A stretch of DNA of 64,000 nucleotides. It comes from Pristiophorus japonicus. Taxonomy: Eukaryota. The position numbers and the translations under genes are program-made. Positions 39,911-52,623 of the stretch are shown piece by piece (the first letter of the stretch is position 1; each line of letters opens with the position of its first letter). Below the pieces are notes generated by a model. That model searched no databases. It saw only the letters and a program-made list of their open reading frames with translations, and was not told the DNA's origin. The stretch lies in the NCBI RefSeq assembly GCF_044704955.1, contig NC_091999.1, forward strand, positions 10,664,001 to 10,728,000, given 5' to 3'.

Positions 39911-40489
39911 TGTTTTCCTTTCTTATTAATTCTCGTGAGGTCGCTGAGGATCCCAGAATTTATTGGCCATTCCCCAGGTTCCCCTTGATAAGCTGATGGC
40001 CGTCATTTTTCTTGGACTGCTGTATTTCTGCTCTTTGCACCCGTTTGATACCATTGACTGGCTTACTGGGCCACTTCACCGAACAGTCAAGAGGCAACCA
40101 TGTTGTGTATGGCACCGGAGTCCCAGAAGGGACAGAGCCGGATAAGGTAGCAGTTTTCCTTCCCAATTAAGGAGATTAGTCATGCAGTTGCGGTTTTACC
40201 ACAATCCGAGTATCACGACCATATTTACCAATAACTACTTCTTATTTATTTGTAAAATATCTGAATTCAAATTTATAAACTAGCAGAGTCGAAGTTGAAC
40301 AATCGCACTCTAGATTATTAGCTCACACCTCGGGATTATTTGTTGAGTTACAGAACCAACATACAACTACACGCCTTAAAACGTCATTTTCTCTGCATCA
40401 ATCAGTCGATATGACAGTGTCAAGAGTATTATAAACAGAGAGTTGGTTTATTGCAGTCATAACTCAGACCGGTACTAATATAATGTAAA

Positions 40490-40850
40490 ACGAGATATTT
40501 AAGGAGAGACAGATGGAGAGGCATATATAGATTATCAGATTGAAATAAACAGAGGGGAAGAGAGTGAGAGATAATGAGAGAGTGAAAGAATGCGAGATTG
40601 AGACAGAGAGAGAGACAGAGCGAAGGACAGAGAGAGAGAGAGCGAGAGAGATACAGAAAAAGGGACATTGTGAGATACAGAGAGACAGACAGAGAGGGAA
40701 ATCGGCAGACACAGACACGGAGCCAATGAGATACATACAGTGAGAATCAGATGGAGACGAGAGACACAGAGATAGTGAAAGAGATAGACAGCGAAATATA
40801 GTGACAGGGAAAGGATCACAGCGAGAGAAACAGAGTGATCAGCTGAGGCA
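40490..40850 (+). repeat. AG-rich low-complexity tract (inverted copy at 56150-56490)
   Basis: GAGA/GACA-rich sequence. Confidence 0.85.
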
Positions 40851-41190
40851 AAGGTTTTACATCGTTAAACTAAAAAAAGGAAGAAGAAATATCAAATAAT
40901 TATGGATAACGACTGGAGATAAGGCATGAGATGGGACAGGCATGCATGGAAACGGCATTGAAAGAAAATTTGTAACAGATGCCTTTGAACAGTGTCTTTC
41001 TATTTTAAATGTTCTTTAAAATCACCAGCTCATATAATTACACCGGTGAACGTCACCGGTTCTTGTTAGCATTTTGCTTTATTTGAGTTTTAAGAAAGCC
41101 CCTGTGAATCTCACTGTGGGGGCTGATATATCGCTTCTGTTTAGCAGTTTGAGAGCGCCCTCTGGTGAGCACTGTGGAACTCCCAGTGTG

Positions 41191-41677
41191 GGTTTTTGTA
41201 CGGGATCCGCTATATCTCTGCACCAGTGTGGGGCTCATGGCACAGAAATACACGGCGGTGTCTGAGATCAAGGCCTTGCTGATCGTTAGCTCAGTAATCT
41301 TAGTCGTTTTATGAAACGCAGAAGAGAATCGGTCACTGAAGTTGGGGTTTCGCTTTACTGCCGTTCCAATAAGGTAAAACACGTACTGTGGGGGCTGCCC
41401 CGGGTGCTGACTGTACCAGAACACAGAAGGGCTAGGTTCGCTGGTTTTCAAGGTGCAGTTTAGTGTTACATTACTTGCCTCTTCAACCATCATTTCGAAA
41501 ACCGACTGTTGCACTGTGCCTTGTTGGCTCCATTCTAAAATAAAATAAGAGCAATTGTAATCATCGCATTATCACTTTACCAATAATAACATCAGGGGCA
41601 GAATTATTATTTTTACAACGTAAATACTTACTGAGAAGTGTTATAATGATGAGGAGCAGTGCGTGACGGTTCCACAT
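41191..41677 (-). CDS. Apparently functional TCR alpha/delta V gene (family B)
   Basis: Leader 41677-41632 MWNRHALLLIIITLL|GTAAGT, in frame with exon 41534-41231 KWSQQGTVQQSVFEM..VTLNC..VFWYSQHPGQPPQYV..DTAVYFCAMSP. RSS CACACTG (41230-41224) / 24 / ACAAAAACC (41199-41191). Confidence 0.9.
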
Positions 41678-42290
41678 GATGCTCCCTGAGTCTCTAACTC
41701 TGCAGTCCTGGAAAGTCTCTGTCGGAACAGCAACACAGATCCCTGCTGCACTGCACTGCTGGTCCAACCAATGTGAAGCGGGAACAGCGACAGCGATCTC
41801 TACAATTACACAGGGCAGGCAAGGCGGGGCAGAGCGAGAGCAGCAAACGGAAGCAGTGGGCGTCGCTGTCACCATCAGTGTTTTCATACGTGGGATTCAT
41901 CTGTGAGAACAGAATTCAGAACAATGTTTCCTTGGTAAATTATACAACTCTTCCTCTCGAGAAGAGCTGCGTTAATTTCACATTTATTACAAACTCGGGG
42001 CAAGAAGATTGACAACACGAATTGCAAAATGATTACATTATTCGACAGTTACCGAAATTTTCATCAGTGAAGTAGGTTAAAACTAGGTGCTGAAATAAGC
42101 GATGGGAAAGAGAACAAAACTGTAAGGAAAAATATAACATTAATGAGCTGAAATGTGAAATCAAAAGGAATTTCATCCAATTTATATTGAATAATAGAAT
42201 TGCGGATTGACCACTGCCCTTTGACTGAACTGGCCGTTTTCGGAATCGATTTGACTATTACCCAATCTATTCAGACTTTGATCAGTGAGG

Positions 42291-42610
42291 AGAAGTTGTA
42301 CGAGAGAGGGTTTTCCCCCAAACTGTGGCCCCTAGCACAGCAATAGGTTTCGGTATCCACAAACTCTGCCTGGCCGAAGCCCAGTGTGCTCAGACTTTGA
42401 TCCCGGTTGGTACAGAACTTAAATCGGATTGGTGGCATTCTGCTTTAAATCCACAATGGATGTATCTCGGGGCCGCACTCACCAGTCGGCTATACCAACA
42501 GATGTTGTCGGTCGTGCGGAACCCGCCCAGGATTCTGACAGGATTTCCTTCCGCTGCGAAGTCTCAGGCAGGTAGAGAAATCTGGACCAAACTCGGTGCA
42601 ACTTTCGACA
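42291..42610 (-). pseudogene. V pseudogene (inverted copy of 54.4 kb)
   Basis: EGNPVRILGGFRTTDNICWYSR..YCCAR with frameshift. CACAGTT / 21 / ACAACTTCT. Confidence 0.78.
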
Positions 42611-42769
42611 AAATTTAAGAATTACATGGAATGTACAGCACAGAAACAGCTCATAGAGTCAGTGGATAATTGGGAAATAGAGAAGAGAAAGATTTAAAGA
42701 AAGTGAGTAGGAGCAGATTTCGAAACATAAGGTAGAGGAATAGAAAGTGAAAGTGCGAAAGAAAGAATG

Positions 42770-43836
42770 CGGGCCATGTTTGCCACACACAGCTTTCCCG
42801 ATGTCCTGGTGAGCGACAACGGGCCATGTTTTACAGTGCAAATTTCAAAGAATTCATGCCCATAACAGAATTAAACATGTCACATCTGCCTCGTTTAAAC
42901 CAGCGTCCAATGGTCAGGCAGAGAGAGCAGTGCAAACCATCAAGCAAGGCTTGAAGAGGGTAACTGAATGTTCACTGCAGACTTGCCTATTCAGCGTCCT
43001 GCTTAGCTACCACACGAAACCCCACTCACTCACTTGGAACCCCCTGCTGAACTGCTCATGAAAAGAGCAATTGAGACAAGGCTCTCGTTAGTTCACCCTG
43101 ATGTACATGAACAGGCAGAAAGCAGGCTACTTCAGCAAGATGCATACCATAATAGTGCAATTGTGTAACGTGAGATTGAAATCAATGATCCTGTATTTGT
43201 TTTAAATTATGGACAAGGTCCCAAGTGGCTTCCCGGTACTGTCATGACCAGAGAGGAGAGCAGGGTGATTCCGGTCAAACTTTCAAATGGACCCATTCAC
43301 CGGAAATACTTGGACCAAATCAAAGTCAGATTCGTGTACCACCCTGAGCAACCCACCTTAGAACCTACGTTTTTTGATCTCCCAACACATGCACCAGTGG
43401 CAATCGACACCACGGTTGACCACGAAGCAGAACCCATCATCCACAGCAGCCCTGCAGGGCCCAACAATCCAGGCAGCCCAGCAAGGCCAGTTGCACAGCG
43501 GCACAGGGCCCAACAAATGATTCAACAACACCAGCTTTCATACCGAAATGATCAACCAGGGCAAGAAAGGCCGCAGATCGACTCACATTCTAAATAGTTG
43601 CACGATTGACTTTGGGGGGAATGTTGTAATATATGTGGACTTGTATTTACTCTGTACAGCCACCAGAGGGCTCCTTCCACGGATTCCCAAGAGATCCCAT
43701 AACCCCTTGGGAGCACAGGTATTTAAGAAGTCTTCACAGGTTGGAGAGGCACTCTGGAGACCTGCAATGAAAGACTAAGGTCACACGTTACTTTGAGCTC
43801 ACGGTATTCAGTCTGACTCTTTCTCCATACACAACA
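42770..43836 (+). mobile_element. Ty3/Gypsy LTR retrotransposon 3' part: integrase remnant, PPT, 3' LTR
   Basis: PDVLVSDNGPCF..PASNGQAERAVQTIK integrase core; GGGGGGAA purine tract just before the LTR 43622-43836, which is bounded by TGTTGT..ACAACA. Confidence 0.9.
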
Positions 43837-44178
43837 CTAACCTCTCCCTATCTCGGTAATCTTCTCCAGCCCCACAACCCGCCAAGATGTCTGCGCTCTT
43901 CTAATTCTGCCTCCTTGAGCATCTCTGATTATAATCGCTCCACCATTGGTGGCCGTTCCTTCTGCTCTCGAATTCCCTGCTTAAACTCACTGCCTCTCTA
44001 CCTCTCCTTCAAAACGTTCTTTAATACCGACCTATTTGAGCAAGCTTTTGGTCACCTGCCCTAATTTCTGCTTATGAGGATCTGCGTCAAATGTTTTATC
44101 TCACAATACTAATATGATGCATCTTGTGATGATTTACTACGTTAAGGGCGCTATATAGATACAAGTTGTTGTTGTTTG
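43837..44178 (+). mobile_element. L2-type LINE 3' end
   Basis: CCACCATTGGTGGCCG..GCGCTATATAGATACAAGTTGTTGTTGT tail. Confidence 0.65.
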
Positions 44179-44364
44179 TTCAGTAATAGCAAATTTCATC
44201 GATCTAATATCAGGGATTAATAAACCACTTCCATAAAATTCGGTATCATTGTTAGTTCACCAGTGAACTGACCCGTTAGTGAAAGTTCACTGGAGTCACG
44301 GTTAACTACAGACTCTGGTAAAATCAACAGAATTATAGAGAATTAAATGACCCCTAAATAAATC

Positions 44365-44780
44365 TACACACTCTGGAGTTTAAAAGAATGAGAGATGATC
44401 TCAATGAAACATATACGATTCTTAAGGGAATTGACAAGGTATGTGCTGAGAGGTTGTTTCCCCTGGCTGTAGAGTCCAGAACGAGGGGGCATCATCTCAG
44501 GATAAGGAGTCGTCCATTTAATACCGAGATGAAGAGGAATATCTTTACTCGGAGGGTAGTGATTCTTGACAATTCTCTGCACAAATAGCCAGTGGAAGCT
44601 GAGTCGTTGAATATATTCAAGGCTGAGGTAGATCGAGTTTTGGACTTGAGGTGAATCAAGGGGGCCAGGTGGGAAAGTGGAGTTGAGGTCGAAGCTTAGC
44701 CATGATCTTATTGAATGGTGGAGAAGGCTCAAATGGTTGTATGGCCTACTCCTGCTCTTAATTCTTTTGTGCTTATGTAA
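44365..44780 (+). mobile_element. CR1 3' fragment
   Basis: MRDDLNETY..SRTRGHHLRI and 3' UTR. Confidence 0.9.
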
Positions 44781-45457
44781 ACTAAACTTTTTAATAATCC
44801 TGTGCTTCAGAAACTAGGAATGGGTTTCATTCCTGCTCCGGACTCTAAATGTGGAACCATTCTCCTATAAGAACGTAGACTACAGCCCAGCTTGGATTTT
44901 CAGAAATGCTGGATTTATGCTGTTAATGTTGTGAGGCGCAGTTCCAGAGCCTCCATACATTCTTTAAAATAAGAGTTAATCAGACTGCACTGAATCGGAT
45001 GACTTCTCTGTGGGCTGCAGATACAGAGGTTCCATTAATTCTGAAAGGAAAGGGTCAGTCAGAGCATCCTGAATGGGTTGAATCCTCGGTAGGGTAAAGA
45101 TCCAGAAGCTCCACCCATTCTATTTGGAAAGGTTTATCTAGATATTAACTTGGTTATAAACACCCAACGCCAGGAATGTCGCTTCCGAAATTCACTGTCA
45201 CAAAGGAATGGTGTTCACCTCATTTCCCTCCACAAGGAGAGAAACTTCCTGGCCATGAGGTCACAGGCATTTCCGGATGTGAACCGCGGGTGGACAAAGT
45301 CCATTTCCAGCCAATCCAAGAGCAGCAAACACACGTGACTGAGATTTAATAGCGCGTCGCTGACCTCAATCAGCTGCCTGTTCAATATTTTCACTCGGTT
45401 CGGGGTCTTCTGATGCGAGCTTTGTGCCGTTTTCCTCTTGACATTATAATTGCCAAG

Positions 45458-45925
45458 ATGTATTACTTGGTATAAATAAATTTATTGCCCGTTATTCAGC
45501 TGCTGCTCACATGTAGGTACAGGGGCTGAGCTCAATAGCCCGCAGTGTTTTTTATTCGCGTTGTTCCAGTTTTTTATTATCTGAAAGTTTTTACTGGTCA
45601 ACGTCTCTCGGAACGAGTATTGCAATCTCCGGCTGCGATAACATTTGGGAACAGAGATTTGGTGCAGATAACTTGCAGCTATGTCACGTCCATCATTTAC
45701 TCCATGCACTGGTACAAACAGAAATCTAGTCAGGGACTCGAGTGGGTAATAATGCAAGCATCGGATGGCAAAGGGAGCAGGGCCCAGTTTTTAGTGGATC
45801 GTTCTGCAGTGCACACATGCGGCCAATTGGACTTTGAGAACTCGGAGAGTGGGGATACCGCTGTGTATTACTGTGCGATAGGGTCACAAACTGAGAGGAA
45901 ATGCAGCAGTCATTGTACAAAAACC
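45458..45925 (+). pseudogene. VH-like V pseudogene (paralogue of 738-1202); V exon open
   Basis: Leader has TAA, acceptor is ACTG, heptamer CAAACTG 45887-45893 / 23 / ACAAAAACC 45917-45925. Exon ERVLQSP..ITC..YSMHWYKQKSSQGLEWV..DTAVYYCAIG. Confidence 0.85.
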
Positions 45926-46471
45926 TCCATCCTGTTTACAGTCCCATAACAGCTGCAGCAATCTCTTCAGTAACATGGCGCAGGTAAAGTGGGTCAGAGC
46001 GAGAGCAGCAAACGGAAGCTGAGGGCGGGGCTACCGCAGGCGGTGTTGCCACAAGGCTTGTCTCTATAATTTCCAGTTGATTTCGGGTTTGATCAGAGAT
46101 ACTGACAGTCACAGCATAAAATATTGGTCTGTGGCAGCAGTCACTCAGTGAGTGCAGTCTTTGGTGTGAGGAAAGTTTTAGCATTGCTTAATTTTGGGAT
46201 TATATTCAGCAGTCAATCACTTTACTGAGTGTTGGTTTAGTTTATTCTGGTGTGTGACGACTCATCGAGAGCATTAGTTTCATTCTCCTGTGACATTCAT
46301 GTTTACACTTAAATATCCTCCTGCATTTCCCAACTCCAGTGATTCCTTTCTGTGTGCAGTTGCATTCACACAAACTGGTCCCCTTGCTCAGTGATAGAAA
46401 CCGAGGCCCGTACAGGCCGTTTTACATCTGCGTATCAGTCATCAGCCAGGTTCCCTCTATATTATCATTTC

Positions 46472-46906
46472 NNNNNNNNNNNNNNNNNNNNNNNNNNNNN
46501 NNNNNNNNNNNNNNNNNNNNNNNNNNNNNNNNNNNNNNNNNNNNNNNNNNNNNNNNNNNNNNNNNNNNNNNNNNNNNNNNNNNNNNNNNNNNNNNNNNNN
46601 NNNNNNNNNNNNNNNNNNNNNNNNNNNNNNNNNNNNNNNNNNNNNNNNNNNNNNNNNNNNNNNNNNNNNNNNNNNNNNNNNNNNNNNNNNNNNNNNNNNN
46701 NNNNNNNNNNNNNNNNNNNNNNNNNNNNNNNNNNNNNNNNNNNNNNNNNNNNNNNNNNNNNNNNNNNNNNNNNNNNNNNNNNNNNNNNNNNNNNNNNNNN
46801 NNNNNNNNNNNNNNNNNNNNNNNNNNNNNNNNNNNNNNNNNNNNNNNNNNNNNNNNNNNNNNNNNNNNNNNNNNNNNNNNNNNNNNNNNNNNNNNNNNNN
46901 NNNNNN
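46472..46906. other. Assembly gap
   Basis: Run of N. Confidence 1.
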
Positions 46907-46959
46907 TGCTCAAGTGAAAAGAACAAGGTCGAATCTACAAGGATTAGGTGTCAGCTGTT

Positions 46960-47350
46960 GAGGATTCACACGTCAGTCCAGAGACTTGAGCACATTATCA
47001 AGGCTGATACTTCAGTGCAGTAGTCAGGTTATGTTGAATTATTGGAGATGGGTTCTTTTGCATGAGATGTTGCTTCCGTCTACTCTCTCAGGTGTTTATA
47101 AAATATCCCAATATTTCGAAAAAGAGCATATCAGTAATCTGCGGTGTCCTGGCCAATATTTATCCCTCAATCAATTACACTAATAACAGGTTATCATAAG
47201 AATATTGCTCGCTGTGTGATCTTGCTGTGCATAGATTGCCTGTCGCGTTTCCTACATTACAACAGTGACAACATTAGTGTTACCATTGTAAAAGTCTTTG
47301 TGATGTCCTGAGGTCGGGAAAGACGATATATAAATGCAATGTCTTCTTGC
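46960..47350 (+). mobile_element. Deu-domain SINE (SacSINE1/AmnSINE-like)
   Basis: CCAGAGACTTGAGCACA..GTGTCCTGGCCAATATTTATCCCTCAA core and TATATAAATGCAA tail, recognised from memory of DeuSINE consensus. Confidence 0.6.
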
Positions 47351-47522
47351 TTTCGTTCTTCTCATTTCGCTTGTGTGCCAGCAACATATATTTTTATGAG
47401 TGAAGGTAAATACTTCTGATAATTAACAGTAAAATGTCAGACCATAAATACAGGGACAGCTCAGATTTTCCCCTGATCACAATTTTCCCCTGACGCTCTG
47501 ATATGTTGGCCGACGCTCTGAC

Positions 47523-47983
47523 AGTTTTTGTACAGGTCCAGCCCAGCTCCGTGTCTCTGTGGGTCTCAGTGCGCAGTAATAAACCGCGGAGTCTGTCAGT
47601 TGTGTCTCAGACACAATCAGCGGGACGGTTCGACTCAAATCATTGAGCTTCGCTGAAAAACGGTCCCCTGGAAATCTCTCCTTTTGCTCGCTGTATTTGC
47701 TTCTCTGCAGCAGATATTCTATGGATCCGCTGGGTTTCTGACGATACCAGAATAGATAAAACGTGCTTGCACTTGTAGCTGTATAATTACAATGCAACTG
47801 GACTTCGTCTCCTTCATTTACCATGGTTGCAGCCGGTGTCTGTGAAACGGAGTCTCCTCGACAATATCCTGCAAGAGGCCAGAGTGATATTAGATTAATC
47901 AATATCACTTCACTGTGTCTATCGAACCGTCACCCCCAACACTTACCTGAGAAGTAACATCTGGCAATAAAACATAAATACAT
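47523..47983 (-). CDS. Apparently functional TCR alpha/delta V gene
   Basis: Short leader 47983-47947 MYLCFIARCYFS|GTAAGT, in frame with exon 47868-47562 GYCRGDSVSQTP..LHCNY..YLFWYRQKPSGSIEYLL..LTDSAVYYCALR. RSS CACAGAG (47561-47555) / 23 / ACAAAAACT (47531-47523). Confidence 0.88.
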
Positions 47984-48379
47984 TTCCCCACAGCTGCAAC
48001 GGGTAGGTGCTTGGAACGACTGAATAAAACTTCGTTTAATGAACCTTCAGCGGGATCAATACCTCAACTTCAACTCTTGTGATATGAAGGGAACACACCA
48101 AACGGTCTATGGCTTTAAGACCTGTGTCTGTCAACGTCCGTCATTAGTACAGGCGGGCCTGGCGAGTCTGTCTGTCATTTACCTGAACTCAACCGCTTTC
48201 ATTCACTGGGGGATTTTGGCGTGTTTCCCCAAGCAGTGTTCAGTGTGAGTCAAGGTGCATGCTGATGGTCTTCACTTAGTTTCAATCTGTTGATATTCTT
48301 GGTGTTCAGGGTAGAAATCTATTAATTATAATGTATGATGCATATGTGCAACACAGTGTTGTGCAACTTGTGAACTTAC

Positions 48380-48431
48380 CAGTTAAAAGAGCTGCAGCTG
48401 TGATGAACAAATAAAATGTAACATCCAACAT
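48380..48431 (-). other. Orphan intact leader exon (7.3/24.2 kb family)
   Basis: MLDVTFYLFITAAALLT G|GTAAGT, phase 1; upstream flank homologous to 7.0-7.3 kb; its own V exon is absent. Confidence 0.8.
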
Positions 48432-49182
48432 GTTTGATGGTGAATTTCAACAGAAAGGGTTGAACCTGAAAAAGTTTCTCGTCAAGATTCGGGAGATGCT
48501 GATTAATATCCCGCCTCTCTGCTGAATGGATCGTTCTTGACAGAGACAGCGGGTGATATACAATCAACTCACGTGTCCTGAGTTCGACAATTCATCCAGT
48601 CAGTTGACAGTTCTGTTTTTCGCCATTTCATCCAATCAGTTCCTTTCTTTTCCAACTCGTCCAATCACCTTACAGCCCTTTGTTCTCCAAGTCAACCAAT
48701 CTTTACACTGCGCATTGTTCTCCAATTCATCCAATTAGCTCACAGCTCGTTTGTTCTGCAATTCACGCCATCAGAGCGGGCAGCAAATAAAGGACTGAAA
48801 TGATTTTCGCAACAGAGAACGATCTGGGGATTAAACCCAACGTTGGACCTTTAACAGGGGATTAAACACAATGCTGGTCCTTTAACAGGGGATTAAACCC
48901 AATATTAACCCTTAACAGGGTCAGTATATGCGATGGAGGCAGTGAAGGGCTAGAGTTAACGTTGTTCTGTTATCAGTGCCAGCGACTCCCTTTAAAAGAG
49001 CTGCTCTGTGACTATTAGAAGCAGCTGATATAAACGTGATATTATATAGAATTTGTCAGAGACTACAGCTGAGAAATTGGTAATTAGGCTAAATCAGTAT
49101 TTTACTTTGGTTGATGTTCCATTACCATTTCCTAATCCAGGTCACAGATCTGATTCAGTGAGAGGAGATGAGAGTTTTTGCT

Positions 49183-49660
49183 GGTTTTTGTACGGGCTGA
49201 CTCCACCCCTGTAACAGTGTGAGGCGGAAGCGCACAGTAATAGACGGCAGAGTCAGAGACAAGAGCCCCGGAGACATTTAAAGGAACAGATTTCTTGTCT
49301 TGGTCCAAATCAGCAGAGATCCGGTCTGGGAGGTCTGGAGACTGATCCCCTTTCCTCTTGCCATATCTCCTCAGTAAATATCTCGGAGCTGCTCCGGGAT
49401 ACTGGATATACCAGAAGAGGTAGGGAAAGCTTTCGGAAGTCGAGTAACTGCAGTTCAGTATTATGGTCTGTCCCTCCTGAACTGTTAATTCTGACGGATC
49501 CTGGGACACTGAATCTTTGCCACTCGTTCCTGTTACAAAATACAGAATTGGTCAAAAGTCTGGGAGTGAATTTAAAACATGAAACACACACTTACCATTT
49601 AAACATAGACTCACCGGGCAGCCCGACTATTATCATCAATAAGGCGTATAGGGAATACAT
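49183..49660 (-). CDS. Apparently functional TCR alpha/delta V gene (family A)
   Basis: Leader 49660-49615 MYSLYALLMIIVGLP|GTGAGT, in frame with exon 49529-49222 GTSGKDSVSQDPSELTVQEGQTIILNC..YLFWYIQYPGAAPRYLL..DSAVYYCALP. RSS CACACTG (49221-49215) / 23 / ACAAAAACC (49191-49183). Confidence 0.92.
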
Positions 49661-50284
49661 AGTGTCTGGATTAGAGTCTGACAGAAAAAAACAGAATGAT
49701 CAAAATATGTGCGATATTAAATGTTGAACGCGAATCAGGGGCAGGCTTCACTTATTTGGAAACTGAGGGGCGTTTCCCAGAGACAGGATTAGCTGGTCTC
49801 TCAGAACTTTCTTTAGCTTTGCACCAATGTGTGTTAGTTGTGCCCAATTGCTGCAGCATCTCTCCAAACACTGTCCTTGACTGATTGTGTGTGTCTTTGT
49901 CTCTCTTGGTATATGTCTATTTAACTCGGTACCTCTACCCGTGTCATGGGATCTCTCTCTCTCCCTCTCTTTTGCAATCTCTCAGTCTACTTCTCTCTGT
50001 CTATCCCTCTCATTCTTTCTCTACCTCTCTCTCTCATTGAGGTGAAATAAGGCGTAGAAATTCCTGCAGTGAATGCATCCCGTTAATAGGTGCAGTCTTA
50101 CAATGATAGGTTACACACACACCAAACTTAACAAAAATACACACAATGTTTGATATCTTTGGGGGTTATTGATGTATATTTAGTTGTACTTTGCTTGAGA
50201 TGCAAAGCACTTTAATAAGTACAGAGAGCGCACCCTTGTGTGCAATACAAGCCTCAAATAGTGCATTGGAAACAAGCACATCAC

Positions 50285-50700
50285 CACTGACACATGCACG
50301 CAGACACCACAGACTTACACACACACTCAAACACATAAACTTAAACACACGCACACACAGACACACACACATACACAGTCTCACACACACACACACAAAC
50401 TCACACACACGCATATACTCGCACACACAGAAATACACACACACTCAAATACATACAGGAGCACATACACACACATTCACACAATCAGACACACTCAAAC
50501 ACAAACGTACACTCTCTCACTCATATTCAAGCATATGCTCCCACATTCATATACAGACTGATACACACACACACTCACACACAGCCACACTCGGACACAC
50601 ACACACACTCAGACACATGCACACAAACATACAAACACAGAGAGACACATACTCAAACAAACACAGAGACGCATATCAGAATAAACATAGACGGGCACAC
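50285..50700 (+). repeat. Degenerate (CA)n microsatellite
   Basis: CA-rich tract. Confidence 0.9.
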
Positions 50701-52009
50701 AATGATTGATATCTTGAAGAGGAAATTGATATGTTCATCTCTCAATATTTTGAAATGAATGAGGAACAGACTCAATGAAAACTAATCCAGAATTGGATTC
50801 GTTAGTTCTCAGCAATGTCCCAAAACATTAACAACCAGTCAGACAATTCCTGAGGAATATCTGGCAAGCTGCACGCTCTCATACCTGAGTCACAGGTTGC
50901 GTAATTGTCATATCTTGCTTCTCTTTCTGGACACAATCAGACCAGCAGCGTTCCCTCGGTTTGATCTGCTTGCTGCTTACTTTAACTGATGACTTTTTGT
51001 CCCTGATCGGATAAAAACATAAATTTCACGTTGATTTGGGCAGAAAATTGTCCACTGTTTTCAGATGCAACGGGGTCTCAGTTCTCTCAACAGGTGCAGT
51101 CTATAAAGTAGGGGAAGTAAAGGGAAACAGTTAATGTTATAGAGGTATCAGTAGAGGCTCCCAGTACAGGAGCTGCTCACTTACCATTAGATCTACCCAC
51201 TGCTGATGTAAAGGTTATTACTGACAGCCAGCGGGTTCAGGGGCATTTGAACACAAAGATACGGTAAATTATACAAACGCCACCTGTTGTATGAATGAAA
51301 TTGGGAATGACTGACAAGTTTCAGCAGAATGGGAGGATGCAAGCACAGGATCACATGCTACCACTAAAATACATACTGCATGTCATTAATAATACTTGAA
51401 CAATTTTAATATTAAATATGAAATCTAGTAACTGAACGATGTTGTCAATCTGCAACTCGACCTCACTCTGATCCGCCTTCTGCCCACTTCCCTCTGGTGG
51501 TGACTACTTGCAACTACAAGTTACAAATTCTCGCCGAATTGCAGTTCATGAGGTCGAAGAACGAGGGAGGCCAATCGGGTGGTCTTGTCTGATCTATCCA
51601 GAGAGATCCTAACACCGACCCGTCATTGAAGCTTCAAGCGTTTCCTTTAACTATGCTAGTATATTTCGCTCCACCACTCTATATTGCACACATTAATCAC
51701 TCTGTGTGCACGCGAAGTACTTCATGATACCAGTCCTAAAATGAATTTTTATACATTGAATCCGTGCCCCAAGGTTCAACATCCACAGTTCAATTGAGGT
51801 TTTAATGCGGATACTCCTCTTGGGGTCATTGCAGTCAGGTACTGGGATACAGTGCTATTTAAATCCTCTGCGCAACTACTTCGTCATTCAACTTCAGAGG
51901 ATGGGGTCAATGCGATAGAAAGTGAGCAGCAGCCGGCTGTTTCATTCTTCTCCCTTCCACTTTATCAGCACCGCCCACAGCTTCCATTTGCTTCTCTCAC
52001 TCTGACCCG

Positions 52010-52510
52010 CCATGCCTGCCCCCAGCATTGAAGCACTGACCACACTTGATCAGCTCCATTGGGCAGGCCAAATCGTCTCCATGCCTCCAAAACAAGCGCT
52101 CCGTCACGACAAGTGAGCCTCAGGTGGACAGAGGAAATGCTTCAAGGGAACCATCAAAGCCGCCATTAAATTTGCAACACCCCCATCGACACCTGTCCCA
52201 AGACCGCCCAATGTGGTGGAAAGCATCCCGGAAGGTGCTGAAAATGAATACAAAAGCAAAATACGACGGATGCTGGAATCTGAACAACTCCAGTTTCTTC
52301 GCCGAAAGCAAGCTGAAGCCAAGGTCGACATTGGAAGGAGCACGTCGCAACCCGGGCACCCCGACCCCCTGGTCCTCCAACTACCGTCTGCCACACCTGT
52401 GACAGAGACTGTAGGTCATGCATTGGTCTCATCAGGCACCTGAGAACTCATTTTTAGCGTTGAAGCATTTGTTCTTTGTCTCCGAGGGTTTTCAAAGAGA
52501 CAAAGAAGAT
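52010..52510 (+). mobile_element. RTE-clade LINE 3' end
   Basis: QLHWAGQI remnant and terminal CHTCDRDCRSCIGLIRHLRT zinc knuckle. Confidence 0.75.
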
Positions 52511-52623
52511 TGGAGCGATTTCAGCTGCTGTTCCTCGTTTGACAGTGCAGCCGGGCGGACATCTGTATTTCTGCTCAGTCAGAGGTGTTCCCGCACTGCA
52601 AAGTTGAAGACTGAGTGAGTATC

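Noticed and set aside
41112-41176. Extra CACAGTG heptamers (minus) beyond the RSS, also at 11937-11943, suggesting D segments or secondary RSSs
   Set aside because: No acceptable nonamer at 12 or 23 bp spacing.
50166-50709. His/Thr-rich ORF; also Leu/Ser-rich ORFs at 40429-40819 and 55990-56520
   Set aside because: Translations of microsatellite or low-complexity DNA.
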